DNA of 64,000 bases from Candidatus Bruticola sp. (GTDB lineage Bacteria > Vulcanimicrobiota > Xenobia > Xenobiales > Xenobiaceae), in NCBI GenBank assembly GCA_051874695.1, contig JBJEGC010000015.1:119800-183799 (forward strand). The letters run 5' to 3'. The translations under genes and the position numbers were made by a program. Shown in pieces: positions 39,244 to 49,494 of the stretch (within the stretch, counting starts at the first letter, position 1; the number at the start of each line of letters is the position of its first letter). The notes beneath the pieces are model-generated. The model was not told where the DNA came from and did not search any database. It worked only from the letters and a program-made list of their open reading frames with translations.

Positions 39244-40632
39244 TTGGAACCGCTTTCTATGAAAAAAAGCCCCTATGTTATTTTACTGGCCACACTGCTA
39301 GCAGCCGTACTTTTTTATGAAATAAGACCGTTGTTTGCCTTCGGTATGTTTTTCCATAAAAGTTTAACCTCCATAGCCCAATCTAACATACTCTTTATGA
39401 CTGCTTGCTTAGGAGGTGCCTGTGCGTATTGGTTCTTACTCCCGATACGAAAAACTGAACTGATAGCAGCTTCAGCTCTGGGCTTAGCTATTGATGGGGC
39501 TTTAATCAACTACCGATTAGCTCATATCATAAACGATCCGCTGGAGGAACATCTGCTCTGCGTAGCAGATTTAGGCCCGGGCCTTCTCATAGGAGCAGTC
39601 TTAGCTATACTGTGGAGAATTTTTCAGCACATACGCCAAAAACAATCAGAAAGCATACAAAAGTGCTTAGAAGTACTGGGGTTAACCTTAGCTATGCCCA
39701 TTATATTGAGCTTAGCTTCTGTAAAATGTGATCCTTACGTATACGATCCGCATTGTTATACGCTCGATTCCCTCTGGGGCACGCAAATAAGCTTCATTAT
39801 TTCTAAATTTTTGCGCAGTTCTCTGCCTCTGCGTCTGTTTATGACAGCCGTATACGTATATTTATCACTATATATGATGATAGCCCAGGTTATAGTTTAT
39901 AAAGACAACGAACGCCTTGGGCTCAAGCATAGCCGCTTTTTAATACCGGCTTTTTACTTTATTTTAATTGGCGTTTGGGGCGGTTTCCTTTACGAATTTT
40001 TTCCTGTAGTTGGCGTAGATCTGTATTGCGGTCAAAACCGCTTTCCCGACGGTCCTTGGCCAGCAGCTAACATGAATCCTGTACCTATTGCAGCTCCTCC
40101 CCAATTTATCCGCAATGGCATGCCCAGCCTGCATTTAGCCTGGATTTTAGCCGTTTATTACTCACTATACCGGGCTAAACCTATATATCGGTATGCCGCC
40201 TTGGGACTAATATTTTTGACTGTCCTATCTACCTTCAGCGTCGGCTGCCACTACCTCATAGATTTGCTGATTGGTGTGCCTTTCTGTACCGCTTCTTTAG
40301 CAGCAGTTATGACTGAAGCTCCTAAAAAGCTTCGTTTTACTTCATTTACTCTGTGTACTGCAGCCACCCTAATTTGGCTGGCAGTTTTCAAATACAGCAT
40401 CCACTCGGCTCTGGCCTTCCCTATACTAACCAATAGCCTGTTAATTATTACAGATCTAATTTCTCTGTACTTGGCTCACCTTCTTTGCCGCCAATCAGCT
40501 GATGAAATTAAAAGAATCGTAGAAGCTGCTCATTCCCATGCTAACCCAACAGAGAAGGAGAGCGCAAAAAATCTTCCTACCGAAACGGAAAGCTCAGCTG
40601 CGACGGAGATTCAACCATCTTCAAATAACTAA
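39244..40632 (+). CDS. Polytopic membrane protein of the PAP2_C/sphingomyelin-synthase-like (Aur1/SMS) branch of the PAP2 superfamily, paralog 1
   Basis: 462 aa, about 10 TM. NGMPSLHLAW (SGH-like motif) and GCHYLIDLLIGVPF (H-Y-x-x-D, SMS D4-like) within the last TM helices. Confidence 0.5.
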   Translation: MEPLSMKKSPYVILLATLLAAVLFYEIRPLFAFGMFFHKSLTSIAQSNILFMTACLGGACAYWFLLPIRKTELIAASALGLAIDGALINYRLAHIINDPLEEHLLCVADLGPGLLIGAVLAILWRIFQHIRQKQSESIQKCLEVLGLTLAMPIILSLASVKCDPYVYDPHCYTLDSLWGTQISFIISKFLRSSLPLRLFMTAVYVYLSLYMMIAQVIVYKDNERLGLKHSRFLIPAFYFILIGVWGGFLYEFFPVVGVDLYCGQNRFPDGPWPAANMNPVPIAAPPQFIRNGMPSLHLAWILAVYYSLYRAKPIYRYAALGLIFLTVLSTFSVGCHYLIDLLIGVPFCTASLAAVMTEAPKKLRFTSFTLCTAATLIWLAVFKYSIHSALAFPILTNSLLIITDLISLYLAHLLCRQSADEIKRIVEAAHSHANPTEKESAKNLPTETESSAATEIQPSSNN

Positions 40633-40681
40633 TGCTTTTATACGCTCTCTGCGAGCACTCGAGTGAAGAAGTGAGATCACT

Positions 40682-42037
40682 ATGAAAAAAAGTCCCTATA
40701 TCCTTCTGCTGGCGGCTCTGCTCCTGCTGACAATCTTTTTTGAAACGGCCCCTGTATTTGACCTACCCATACGCTTCCTACACACAAGCCTAATGAGCGA
40801 AGCTTACTACAATCCTCTATTCGGCACAGCCTGCTTGGGAGGCGTCTTTGTTTACTGGTTCCTGCTGCCTATTAACAAAAAAGAACTCGCTGTTTTCTCT
40901 ATTTTAGGTTTAATTGTCGAAGCACTGCTCATCAAATGGAGATTATCTATTGTCGGCCCAGTCGGCCAAATTCTTCATATAGGACCAGGACTACTTTCGG
41001 CCTATCTTCTGGCCATAATAGGACGTTCAATTTATCACTATCGCCTCTCGCAAAAAGAAGAGCTCCTTGCCAGTTTGGAAGCACTGTGTTTGGCCGCAGT
41101 CATGCCTATTATGCTCGGTCTAGGAGCGTCAATTAAGCGCCTCAATCCGTATGTATACGATCCTCACTGCTACGCCCTCGATTCTCTATGGGGAGGACAG
41201 ATCAGCTTTATTATCAGCAAATTTTTCAGCAGCACTCTTACCTTGCGCTTAATTATGTATGCCGTCTATTTTTATTTGTCTTTATACATGATAGGCGCCC
41301 AGATTATTGTTTTCCTAGATAATAAGAAGAATAAAATAGCTCACAGCAGCCGCTTAGTTCCAGCATTTTTCTTTATAACTATTGCCGTAGCCGGCAGCTT
41401 TCTATACAATTTCTTTCCCGTAGTGGGCGTGCAAGCTTATTGCGGCGTCTCTCGCTTCCCTAATGGTCCCTGGCCAGCAGCCAACCTGACTCCTGTTCCT
41501 ATAGAAGCTCCGATGTTTTTGTCCCGCAACGGCATGCCCAGCCTGCATTTATCTTGGATTATAGCGACACTTTTCTCCCTCTACGGTTCCAAAATAATCT
41601 GGCGCCGCATAGCTTTGATACTGACTATACTTACAGCTATATCAACCTTTAGTGTAGGATATCACTATCTTATAGATCTAATTATAGCTTTGCCTTTCTG
41701 CCTGGCGGCTCTATCCGTTACCTTAGTTGAAGCATCTGCTCGGTGGCGTTTAATAAGTGCTATTTACGGCACGACAGCAGTAATGGGCTGGCTAAGTCTG
41801 TTTAAATACAACATAACTCTGGCTTTAAGCCACCCTGCCCTGACCACATTCGGTCTGACTTTAACTGCTTTACTATCTGTAGGCTTATTTATCAAGTTAT
41901 ACCATGAAACGCAAGCAACCTCACACCAAGTAACCGAAGTAGACAAATTATCGGTTGGCAGTTTACATAACCAACCGGCAGAAGTAGCGGCCTTAAGCGA
42001 CGGCGACTCTGCAGAAAATCAGCCTCATCTCTCTTGA
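40682..42037 (+). CDS. PAP2_C/sphingomyelin-synthase-like membrane protein, paralog 2 (tandem duplicate)
   Basis: 451 aa. Colinear with paralog 1 (MKKSPYILLLAALL, NGMPSLHLSW, GYHYLIDLIIALPF). Confidence 0.5.
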   Translation: MKKSPYILLLAALLLLTIFFETAPVFDLPIRFLHTSLMSEAYYNPLFGTACLGGVFVYWFLLPINKKELAVFSILGLIVEALLIKWRLSIVGPVGQILHIGPGLLSAYLLAIIGRSIYHYRLSQKEELLASLEALCLAAVMPIMLGLGASIKRLNPYVYDPHCYALDSLWGGQISFIISKFFSSTLTLRLIMYAVYFYLSLYMIGAQIIVFLDNKKNKIAHSSRLVPAFFFITIAVAGSFLYNFFPVVGVQAYCGVSRFPNGPWPAANLTPVPIEAPMFLSRNGMPSLHLSWIIATLFSLYGSKIIWRRIALILTILTAISTFSVGYHYLIDLIIALPFCLAALSVTLVEASARWRLISAIYGTTAVMGWLSLFKYNITLALSHPALTTFGLTLTALLSVGLFIKLYHETQATSHQVTEVDKLSVGSLHNQPAEVAALSDGDSAENQPHLS

Positions 42038-42137
42038 AGCAGGTTTAATATAAATATAGTAAAATAAACAGCGCAGCCCCAAGATCATCTCTTAGGCAAT
42101 ACAAACTTTCTTCAACTAACTTAATCAAGTTAAGAAG

Positions 42138-42833
42138 GTGAGCAATTTGGCATTTTTTACTCACTACACCGATCCTCAAAAAAAGAAACTCCAGATATTC
42201 GAAATTATTGTAGTTATCGTGAGTCTAGCGGTTCTGTTAGTTATGCTTCCGCGTTCCATCCGCGATTACAGGCAATTTAAAGCGGCGGTTCAATTCCATG
42301 AAATGGGCCACGAACGCCTGCACGCCAACGACAGCGAAGGGGCTATGCGCTGCTTTGAAACAGCGGTCCGCACCTATCCTCTAGAGAGCAGCTATATGGA
42401 AATAGCCAGTATCCACCACTTCAATGGGAAACACGACAGAGAGATAGATGTATACCGCGACGCTTTAAAAGTCATCAAAAACAGTGTGGCGTTGCGCTAT
42501 GCTCTGGCAGAAGCTTATTATCTCAAAAACGATTACGATCCGGCTATAACCGAACTGCAAATTGTTTTAGAGATAGATCCGAGCAATCCTCAAGCTAAAG
42601 GACTGCTGGATCGCTGCCGCAAGTACAAAGCCCATCCCGAACAAAGAGGCAGTCATCAGCAGGCTGAGGGTCTTTCTGCCGAGAGTAGCAAGCTGATCGA
42701 AAGTCTTCACGGCCACGAGCATCACCACGATACAGCCGATTGGCATAAAACTCAGCCTACTGCTCCTCCTACTCCGGCGCAAAACGCTGAAAACCGATCG
42801 GATAGCGCACCTACTGCCCCGGAGCACCACTAA
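42138..42833 (+). CDS. TPR-repeat protein with an N-terminal TM helix and a His-rich C-terminus
   Basis: TPR-like 34-aa units (AMRCFETAVRTYP, ALAEAYYLKNDYDPAITELQIVLEIDPSNPQA). C-terminal HGHEHHHD. Confidence 0.55.
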   Translation: MSNLAFFTHYTDPQKKKLQIFEIIVVIVSLAVLLVMLPRSIRDYRQFKAAVQFHEMGHERLHANDSEGAMRCFETAVRTYPLESSYMEIASIHHFNGKHDREIDVYRDALKVIKNSVALRYALAEAYYLKNDYDPAITELQIVLEIDPSNPQAKGLLDRCRKYKAHPEQRGSHQQAEGLSAESSKLIESLHGHEHHHDTADWHKTQPTAPPTPAQNAENRSDSAPTAPEHH

Positions 42834-43158
42834 CAAAATTGCGACTTCTTACCTTATCACTCTAACGCTTCAGATGACCGGCCTAAAAAACAGACTTGTT
42901 CAGATACCAAGTCGTGAAAGGTACAAAACCTGAAACGTTGAAAATATTAGGTTGTTATCATTTTTTTAGCTGCGGGGCGCAATGCTTCATGTTCAGTCGC
43001 TTACAGGAAAGTGTTTCTTACAAGTAAGCAGAAAATTCGTAGCGCTGCACGGCAGACAAGTCTGAACACAGAGCGGGCAAATCCTGCTCCAAAGCACGGC
43101 TCCCAAGTGATAGTGGCCGTTTCAGTATCATGCGAAAGGATTCTTTCAAATAAACATT

Positions 43159-44787
43159 ATGGCAAAAAAGAACAAATTCGGTTTTATTGCTTTCACCGCT
43201 GCTGCCAGCCTTGGTCTAGCTCTAACTGCCGCTGGTTGCGGCACTCACAATGGTTCATCCGAGGCAGCATCCCTCGGAGGCAATAACAGCGTAATTTTCC
43301 GTTATTACTTAACTCCTGCCCAGCGTGCTTTTGTACTAAACGACATTACTAAGGTTCGTTACAGCTTCTTGGACGGTCAGGGCAGCGTATTAAAGACCAC
43401 TCAAGCTTACGATTTAAAACACACTTCTCAATTAACTGAGCGCAATATTTCCGTTCCCAACGTACCCAGTGTAGCCTATAAAGTTGCGGCAGCCTATTAC
43501 GATGACTTCGGCTCTATAGTTGCAGTCGGCGTAAACAACATAGAATGGGACTACGATCTGGTTCAAGCCGAAGTTGAGACTCCGCAAATTTCTAAATTTG
43601 TCTATTCGGACACCGGTTTGCAGGCCAGCTCATACGTTTTAAAGCCTGATAAAATTACCGTTCTGTCTCTGCCGGTTACAACCACCGACGGATCCGACCG
43701 TGTCGTCAACCTGATCGCTTTTGCCGATGTTACAGGTTTAGAAGGCTATACCGACGTTCTGGAGCCAATCGAAGACTCACAGACTTACAAAGGCGTCAGT
43801 TTCACCGGCGAGCATAAAGGCGTCGTTCCGGCCGGAACTGTAAAAGCAGTCGTGCCCATCGCTGACGGAAATATCAGTGCCACTCTCGATCGTCCCATCT
43901 ATGTAACTTCCCAAACGATCGCTTCTATCAAACTTGAGCCTACTGCCATCGATGATACAGCCATTACCGTTCGTAATGCCGATACCGATACTCCTTACAG
44001 CAAAATTTTAACGTTTGACCCAGCTCTCAAAAATGCTGATCTCGGCCAAAAGGTAGCGGTTTTCCATCCTTACCATGAGCCTGTCACCGAGACCGAAGCT
44101 GTAGCTATCGGCACTCAGTACTTCACCGTCACCGGTGTTTACAGCGATACTGCCAACAGAGGTCCTGTACCTGAAGATGTCGATGTAACCGACCTGTCAA
44201 CTTTCACTATTGAGCAGGAATCAGAAATGGCTTCTATCACCAAAAACAGAGTCGACGTCTACAAACAGGTATTGGAGCCTTTGGGTGTCAACAGTGTGTT
44301 GGTAAAAGCCTCCTTCAGTGATCAAGGTCAGCTTGATGAGCCTCTTACAGCTCAGCACAGACTCGATGTCTACTACGGCGAAGGCAATGTAGGCTTAACT
44401 CACGCCTCCGATTACGAAGACGGCATCATTTTAGAGACTCTTTCCGCCGACGATATACCCGAAAAAGATGGATTGCCGCTCGACATGGTCGGAACTATAG
44501 TTTATGTTCCCGGCGACATCGATACGGAACTCATGTCAACTAGCTGCTTCGTACTTCCCGAGAGCATTGTATCCGAATATCCCGAACTGGAAACCTACTG
44601 TGCTTACGAAGTAGGCAAGTTGAACATTAATAATGTTGCCGGCAACCAGTATAGACTCAGCAAAAATACGGAAACTTACGGTGAAATAACCAAAGATCAT
44701 GTTATCCGCCTTGTAAATCAAGCTGACTATACTAAGCTTGCTCTTCCCACATTCTATCCGCTTCCCGTGACGGCTCCTACTGAGTAG
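43159..44787 (+). CDS. Big_2-like lipoprotein, intact paralog 3 of the family at 18.2-22.5 kb
   Basis: Lipobox LTAAGC. AAYYDDFGSIVAVGVNNIEWDYD and DRPIYVTSQTIASIKLEP align to paralogs 1 and 2. Single uninterrupted 542-codon frame. Confidence 0.7.
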   Translation: MAKKNKFGFIAFTAAASLGLALTAAGCGTHNGSSEAASLGGNNSVIFRYYLTPAQRAFVLNDITKVRYSFLDGQGSVLKTTQAYDLKHTSQLTERNISVPNVPSVAYKVAAAYYDDFGSIVAVGVNNIEWDYDLVQAEVETPQISKFVYSDTGLQASSYVLKPDKITVLSLPVTTTDGSDRVVNLIAFADVTGLEGYTDVLEPIEDSQTYKGVSFTGEHKGVVPAGTVKAVVPIADGNISATLDRPIYVTSQTIASIKLEPTAIDDTAITVRNADTDTPYSKILTFDPALKNADLGQKVAVFHPYHEPVTETEAVAIGTQYFTVTGVYSDTANRGPVPEDVDVTDLSTFTIEQESEMASITKNRVDVYKQVLEPLGVNSVLVKASFSDQGQLDEPLTAQHRLDVYYGEGNVGLTHASDYEDGIILETLSADDIPEKDGLPLDMVGTIVYVPGDIDTELMSTSCFVLPESIVSEYPELETYCAYEVGKLNINNVAGNQYRLSKNTETYGEITKDHVIRLVNQADYTKLALPTFYPLPVTAPTE

Positions 44788-44851
44788 TTCGCTTACACCG
44801 TCTTTTGTGGGAAGACTGCTCTGTTTTCTTCCATAAAAGACCTACTGAAAG

Positions 44852-44890
44852 AAAACAGCCCGGAGAATTACTTCTCCGGGCTGTTTTTTA
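44852..44890. terminator. Bidirectional intrinsic terminator between the convergent paralog 3 and radical SAM genes
   Basis: aaaACAGCCCGGAGAAttacTTCTCCGGGCTGTtttttt. Confidence 0.75.
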
Positions 44891-44942
44891 CGTACACTCT
44901 GCCAAACAGAGCTTACAAACAGGTGAACGAATGTGCAACCAC

Positions 44943-46622
44943 CTACAAACCGGCCCAATTGCGCCTTTCTATAAAGGTACCTGGCTCTACAGTAAATCCG
45001 TTCTTCAACCGCATAGCCTCACGTCTGATGGAAGCTAAAATAGCAGGACCGCTGAGCATACCGACCATTTTGGTCAGCGAACCGAAATCACAGGAAAACT
45101 GTTGGCGCAGAGCATGGATACGCTCCTGCACATAGTGATTAGACTCTTTGAAGTACTGTTCCATAGCCCAAAGAGCTCCGTAAGCGTAGCGGCGCACAGA
45201 AGCAGAATCTTGCTCCAAGCGGCGCAGTACGCGGGCGTTATCGTAATTGCGGAAGTTTTTCCAGCCTTTCCAAATAGTATTGATCACTCTGAAAACGCTG
45301 GGGCCATTTACATCGTAATCGGCTTGGAAAGCCCGCAGCAGAAACTCTTCACTCTGTTCTGGAGTTATATAGGGATGTCGGAAATTAAAGCGATACTGTC
45401 CGTGAATGTCTGCCAAATCGACATTATCGAGCATAGTTCCTTTTTCCATTTGCTCCTTAAACAAGGGAGTGCCCGGCAAAGGAGTATAGAGCATAAACTG
45501 ATGGAAATCGGTATTGTGCTTTATAGCTCTGGCAATAACACTGTCAATATTTTCGGGAGTATGATTTTCCAAACCGATAATGCTGGAACCTAAAACCTTT
45601 ATACCCAGCTCTTGCAAACGGCCAACGAATTCTACAGAATCGCATCCCTTAAGCTTAGCATACTGGCTGTCCTCACCTTCCAGTCCCATCCAGAGCCAAG
45701 ACAGACCTAAGCACAGTAGCTCATCCATGGAATACTGACGTAAAGCATTGGCCGAGGAGAAACAGTAAAGCGACCAAGCCTTACCGTCTCGTTCCATCAA
45801 ATCGAGCAGTTCCATAGCTCGAGGGCGATTAAGTAAAAAGTTCTCGTCCATCATAAAGAACGAGCTGGTACCAAGCCTCTTTTCAAAACCGCACATCAAA
45901 TTGTAAAGTTCTTCACCGCTATTGTAAAAAGTAACCGAATGTCCTTTACCTCCGAAAAGAGCCGAGGTGGCACAGAAATTGCATCCCATAGGACAGCCAA
46001 CCGAAGTAATAACCGTGGCAGCAGTATCTTGAGTACGAGTTTTTACGTCGATACCGAAAAGGCGCGTACCGAATCCGGAAACAATGTCAGGATGAACTAT
46101 TTTAGCGGTTTCATCTTCGCCAAGAAAATGACGGAACCAGCTTACTCCCTCGCCTTTAGCAATATAATCGGCCTCTATCATATTTTCCAAACCCGGAATA
46201 GAAGCAACATGACCGCCTACTACGATGACACTGCGCGGCGAATAAGTGCGCACTAAGCGACACATACGGCGCACTTTGCCTACATTAGCTACAATGCCGC
46301 TTATGCCGACAATATCATAATCGCCAGTCTGCAGTTCGTGAATAAAGCTTTCCTGAGTAGGAAAATCGAGCAAAGTTGAAGGAGCGGAAATGTTTTGCTG
46401 GATAAACATTAAACCCCAGGAACGGTGGAACATGCGCAGAGAAAAAGGTCCCTGCACTCTAGTCACCTGATTGTGATACAACTCCATGGGGTTAATAGCT
46501 CTACTCCCGAACGAATCATTTTGAGCATAAGGTCCGAAAACAGAAGAGAACAAAATTGTAGGCTGCCTCCGCCCGGTGCTTTTGTATACAGGACGTTCAG
46601 CATCAGCGTTATTAAAACTCAT
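44943..46622 (-). CDS. B12-binding-domain radical SAM enzyme (class B rSAM)
   Basis: N-terminal cobalamin-binding Rossmann segment (DIVGISGIVANVGKVRRMCRLVRTYSPRSVIVVGGHVAS). CxxxCxxC in SVGCPMGCNFCATS. 559 aa, typical of this family. Confidence 0.8.
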   Translation of the reverse strand: MSFNNADAERPVYKSTGRRQPTILFSSVFGPYAQNDSFGSRAINPMELYHNQVTRVQGPFSLRMFHRSWGLMFIQQNISAPSTLLDFPTQESFIHELQTGDYDIVGISGIVANVGKVRRMCRLVRTYSPRSVIVVGGHVASIPGLENMIEADYIAKGEGVSWFRHFLGEDETAKIVHPDIVSGFGTRLFGIDVKTRTQDTAATVITSVGCPMGCNFCATSALFGGKGHSVTFYNSGEELYNLMCGFEKRLGTSSFFMMDENFLLNRPRAMELLDLMERDGKAWSLYCFSSANALRQYSMDELLCLGLSWLWMGLEGEDSQYAKLKGCDSVEFVGRLQELGIKVLGSSIIGLENHTPENIDSVIARAIKHNTDFHQFMLYTPLPGTPLFKEQMEKGTMLDNVDLADIHGQYRFNFRHPYITPEQSEEFLLRAFQADYDVNGPSVFRVINTIWKGWKNFRNYDNARVLRRLEQDSASVRRYAYGALWAMEQYFKESNHYVQERIHALRQQFSCDFGSLTKMVGMLSGPAILASIRREAMRLKNGFTVEPGTFIERRNWAGL

Positions 46623-46887
46623 TTTATCAACTACCCCTACCTAAGAAAAACAGCAAATCGACATTAGAAGTTAGCAGATCAGTCAAAGACTAAAGACTAC
46701 GGATTCTATCAGCAGAACAGCTGAGCAACTAGTTAAATTTAAAAGTACATTTTCTGCATTAATCGAGCTTTTTTCTATCTCGAACTAAAAATGCAAAAGA
46801 CAAACAGAATCTGACAAAAACCTTACTGCGAGAGTTCGAAAGAGTACAGTGCAAACCTCCTGCGCCTATCCGCATACTAAAAAATAA

Positions 46888-48999
46888 TTACGCTTCCAAA
46901 ACTTTAGATTCTTGAGCCGCGAATTCTGCCACAACCGCTAATATAGCTGCTCCGTATTTTCGTAATTTTACCAGGCCGAATCCTGATATTTGAGACAGTT
47001 CCTCTAAAGTGCGGGGACGCTGCTTGGCAATTAGCAGCAAAGACGTATCGTGCAGCACCATATAAGGAGCCAATCTTTCCTGACGAGCCAATTCCATGCG
47101 TTTTCGCCGCAGTATTTCAAAAAGAGCACTAACTGACTGAGCGCTGACACTTCCCGCAACCACCCCTGTTAAAGTATTCAGAACTGAAGCGGCAGCCGTC
47201 TTCTGGTTTTTCGAAACCTTACGCGTTCTTTCAGATGTTGCTTCTGAATCGATACGCAGCATAAGCTCAGTTTTACTGCCATCTAATATTTCGCGACTGC
47301 GCTTAGTCAGTTTAACACTGCCACAGCCAACCATGTCAGTTTTTAAGTAACCTGCCGCCAAGAGCTGACGAAACACGGAAGTCCATTGTTTAGCGCTAAG
47401 TTCTTTACCTATAGCATAAGTGCTGATTTTATCGTGTCTCCTAGCTAAAATACGTTCAGTCTTGCCGCCGCGCAATACTTGAATCAAATAAGATACTCCG
47501 TACATTTGACCGGTGCGGTAAACACAAGATAGAGCTTTTTGAGCATAAATAATACCGTTAGAAGCTTCGGGAGGATCGAGACAGTTATCACAGTGACCAC
47601 AATCATGTTCCAGCTGCTCGCCAAAATAGCCCAGCAGGGCCCTCCTTCGGCAAGAGACCGTTTCGCATATTCCTAACAGAGCGCGCAACCTGCGCCTGTC
47701 TATGGCCTTATGATTTTCATCGGCTTCAGAATCTTCTATAAATTTTTGGCGTAGCACTATATCTTTTATATTATAAGAGAGCCACGCCGAAGCCGGCAAC
47801 CCGTCTCTTCCTGCCCTCCCGGTTTCCTGATAATACGCCTCCACGCTGCCGGGCAGAGCAAAATGCGCCACAAAACGCACATTAGGTTTATCTATCCCCA
47901 TGCCAAAAGCGATGGTCGCAGCCATAATCACTCCTTCTTCTCTAAGAAAACGCGCCTGATTGGCAGCCCGTTCACTTTGAGTCATACCGGCATGATAAGG
48001 CAGAGCTTCGTATCCCAAACTGCAGAGCCACCGAGCAGTTTCTTCTGTATCTTTGCGACTCAAACAGTAAACAATGCCCGAATCACTGCGATGCCTACTC
48101 TCGATAAAGCTAATAAAACGCTGTCTGGTTTCGTTAATTCCCGCCGACTGGGAACAAATTGTATAAAAAATATTAGGACGATCAAAACTGGTAACAAAAC
48201 GTTTAGCGTCTTGAAGCTCCAAATGATTGATAATATCTAATCTGGTGGCTTCATCAGCCGTGGCCGTCAGAGCTACCCAAGGGACATTAGGAAAAAATTG
48301 GCGCAGCTTTACCAGCTGCACATATTCAGGACGGAAATCGTGTCCCCACTGAGATACACAATGGGCTTCGTCTATTGCTATTAAAGACAAGCGGCAACTG
48401 CTGAGCATATTCAGAAAGCCGTCCATAATAGCTCTTTCCGGAGATACATAAAGCAAATCGAGCTCTCCGGCATAAAGTTTAGCGCAAACACGGCGGGCTT
48501 GTTCAGGCTCTAGGGAGGAATTTAAAAACGCAGCCCTCACTCCGCTACTGATTAAGGCGTCTACCTGGTCTTGCATAAGAGCAATCAGAGGTGAAATGAC
48601 CAAGGCCACACCAGACCGAAGTAAAGCCGGAATTTGGTAACAAAGCGACTTCCCCCCTCCGGTAGGCATAAGCACTACCGCACTGCCACCCCTAGCCACA
48701 TGAAAAATAATATCTTTCTGAGGGCCACGGAAGGAGTGATAACCAAAAACACGCTGCAAAACGGTATGGGCTTCCCGTTCTAACTCTTCATCTGTTAAAG
48801 CAGATATAGGATCGGTGCTATCAGCCGAACTTTTTTGCCCCTGTTGCCCTCCAGTTAAAAAATTATATTCCCATGTTTCTTCCGAAGCGGCAGAAGCGGA
48901 CCACAAGAAGTCGTCATCGTAGGTGCGGCTGTAATTCGGTTGGGTATCACCTTCACCAAAAATTAAACTGCCGCCATCATCCTTACTCTTCATATTCAA
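46888..48999 (-). CDS. recQ: ATP-dependent DNA helicase RecQ with an approximately 70-aa N-terminal extension
   Basis: FGYHSFRGPQKDII, PTGGGKSLCYQIPAL, DEAHCVSQWGHDFRPEY, Zn-binding CGHCDNC, and a C-terminal HRDC domain. Confidence 0.9.
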   Translation of the reverse strand: MNMKSKDDGGSLIFGEGDTQPNYSRTYDDDFLWSASAASEETWEYNFLTGGQQGQKSSADSTDPISALTDEELEREAHTVLQRVFGYHSFRGPQKDIIFHVARGGSAVVLMPTGGGKSLCYQIPALLRSGVALVISPLIALMQDQVDALISSGVRAAFLNSSLEPEQARRVCAKLYAGELDLLYVSPERAIMDGFLNMLSSCRLSLIAIDEAHCVSQWGHDFRPEYVQLVKLRQFFPNVPWVALTATADEATRLDIINHLELQDAKRFVTSFDRPNIFYTICSQSAGINETRQRFISFIESRHRSDSGIVYCLSRKDTEETARWLCSLGYEALPYHAGMTQSERAANQARFLREEGVIMAATIAFGMGIDKPNVRFVAHFALPGSVEAYYQETGRAGRDGLPASAWLSYNIKDIVLRQKFIEDSEADENHKAIDRRRLRALLGICETVSCRRRALLGYFGEQLEHDCGHCDNCLDPPEASNGIIYAQKALSCVYRTGQMYGVSYLIQVLRGGKTERILARRHDKISTYAIGKELSAKQWTSVFRQLLAAGYLKTDMVGCGSVKLTKRSREILDGSKTELMLRIDSEATSERTRKVSKNQKTAAASVLNTLTGVVAGSVSAQSVSALFEILRRKRMELARQERLAPYMVLHDTSLLLIAKQRPRTLEELSQISGFGLVKLRKYGAAILAVVAEFAAQESKVLEA

Positions 49000-49489
49000 A
49001 ATCAGTTTCTTCTAAACGATCTTGATGTTCATCGGCTTCACGCTGCGAGGCCATAGCTACCATAAAAGCATCATCGAAGTCAGCTATTAAATCGCGCAAG
49101 TGAATAAAAGCCATTCTAGCTCCAGCCAATTCAGCGAAAATAGGAGATTCGGTTAAACAAGCCTGTTCTTCTGCGTCTTCACACGAGCACTCTCCGCTAC
49201 ACTCATGTTCTTTCGACTCATCGCAATTTTCAACCACTTCCGCCCGATCCGCACAATTAGCCAATCTGGGCAAAACATCCATATATAAATTTTTGGCGCT
49301 GACCATTATCTCAGCAAAGCGATAGGCCACACTTTCGCGCTCGCCTGGTTGCAGGCATTTCTGCTTAGTTAGCTGCTCATAGATGACTTTAGTAATAGCT
49401 ATCTCTTCACTGCCCGGTTCCAATTCGGGAACCATGGCCGGAATAAGCTGCTCCTCAGAGGTGAAATTATTATCCAAATTGTCACACAT
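48983..49489 (-). CDS. Acidic Cys-rich hypothetical protein, overlapping the recQ start by 17 bp
   Basis: 168 aa. CSGECSCEDAEEQAC cluster. No known motif. Confidence 0.45.
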   Translation of the reverse strand: MCDNLDNNFTSEEQLIPAMVPELEPGSEEIAITKVIYEQLTKQKCLQPGERESVAYRFAEIMVSAKNLYMDVLPRLANCADRAEVVENCDESKEHECSGECSCEDAEEQACLTESPIFAELAGARMAFIHLRDLIADFDDAFMVAMASQREADEHQDRLEETDFEYEE

Positions 49490-49494
49490 AATAA

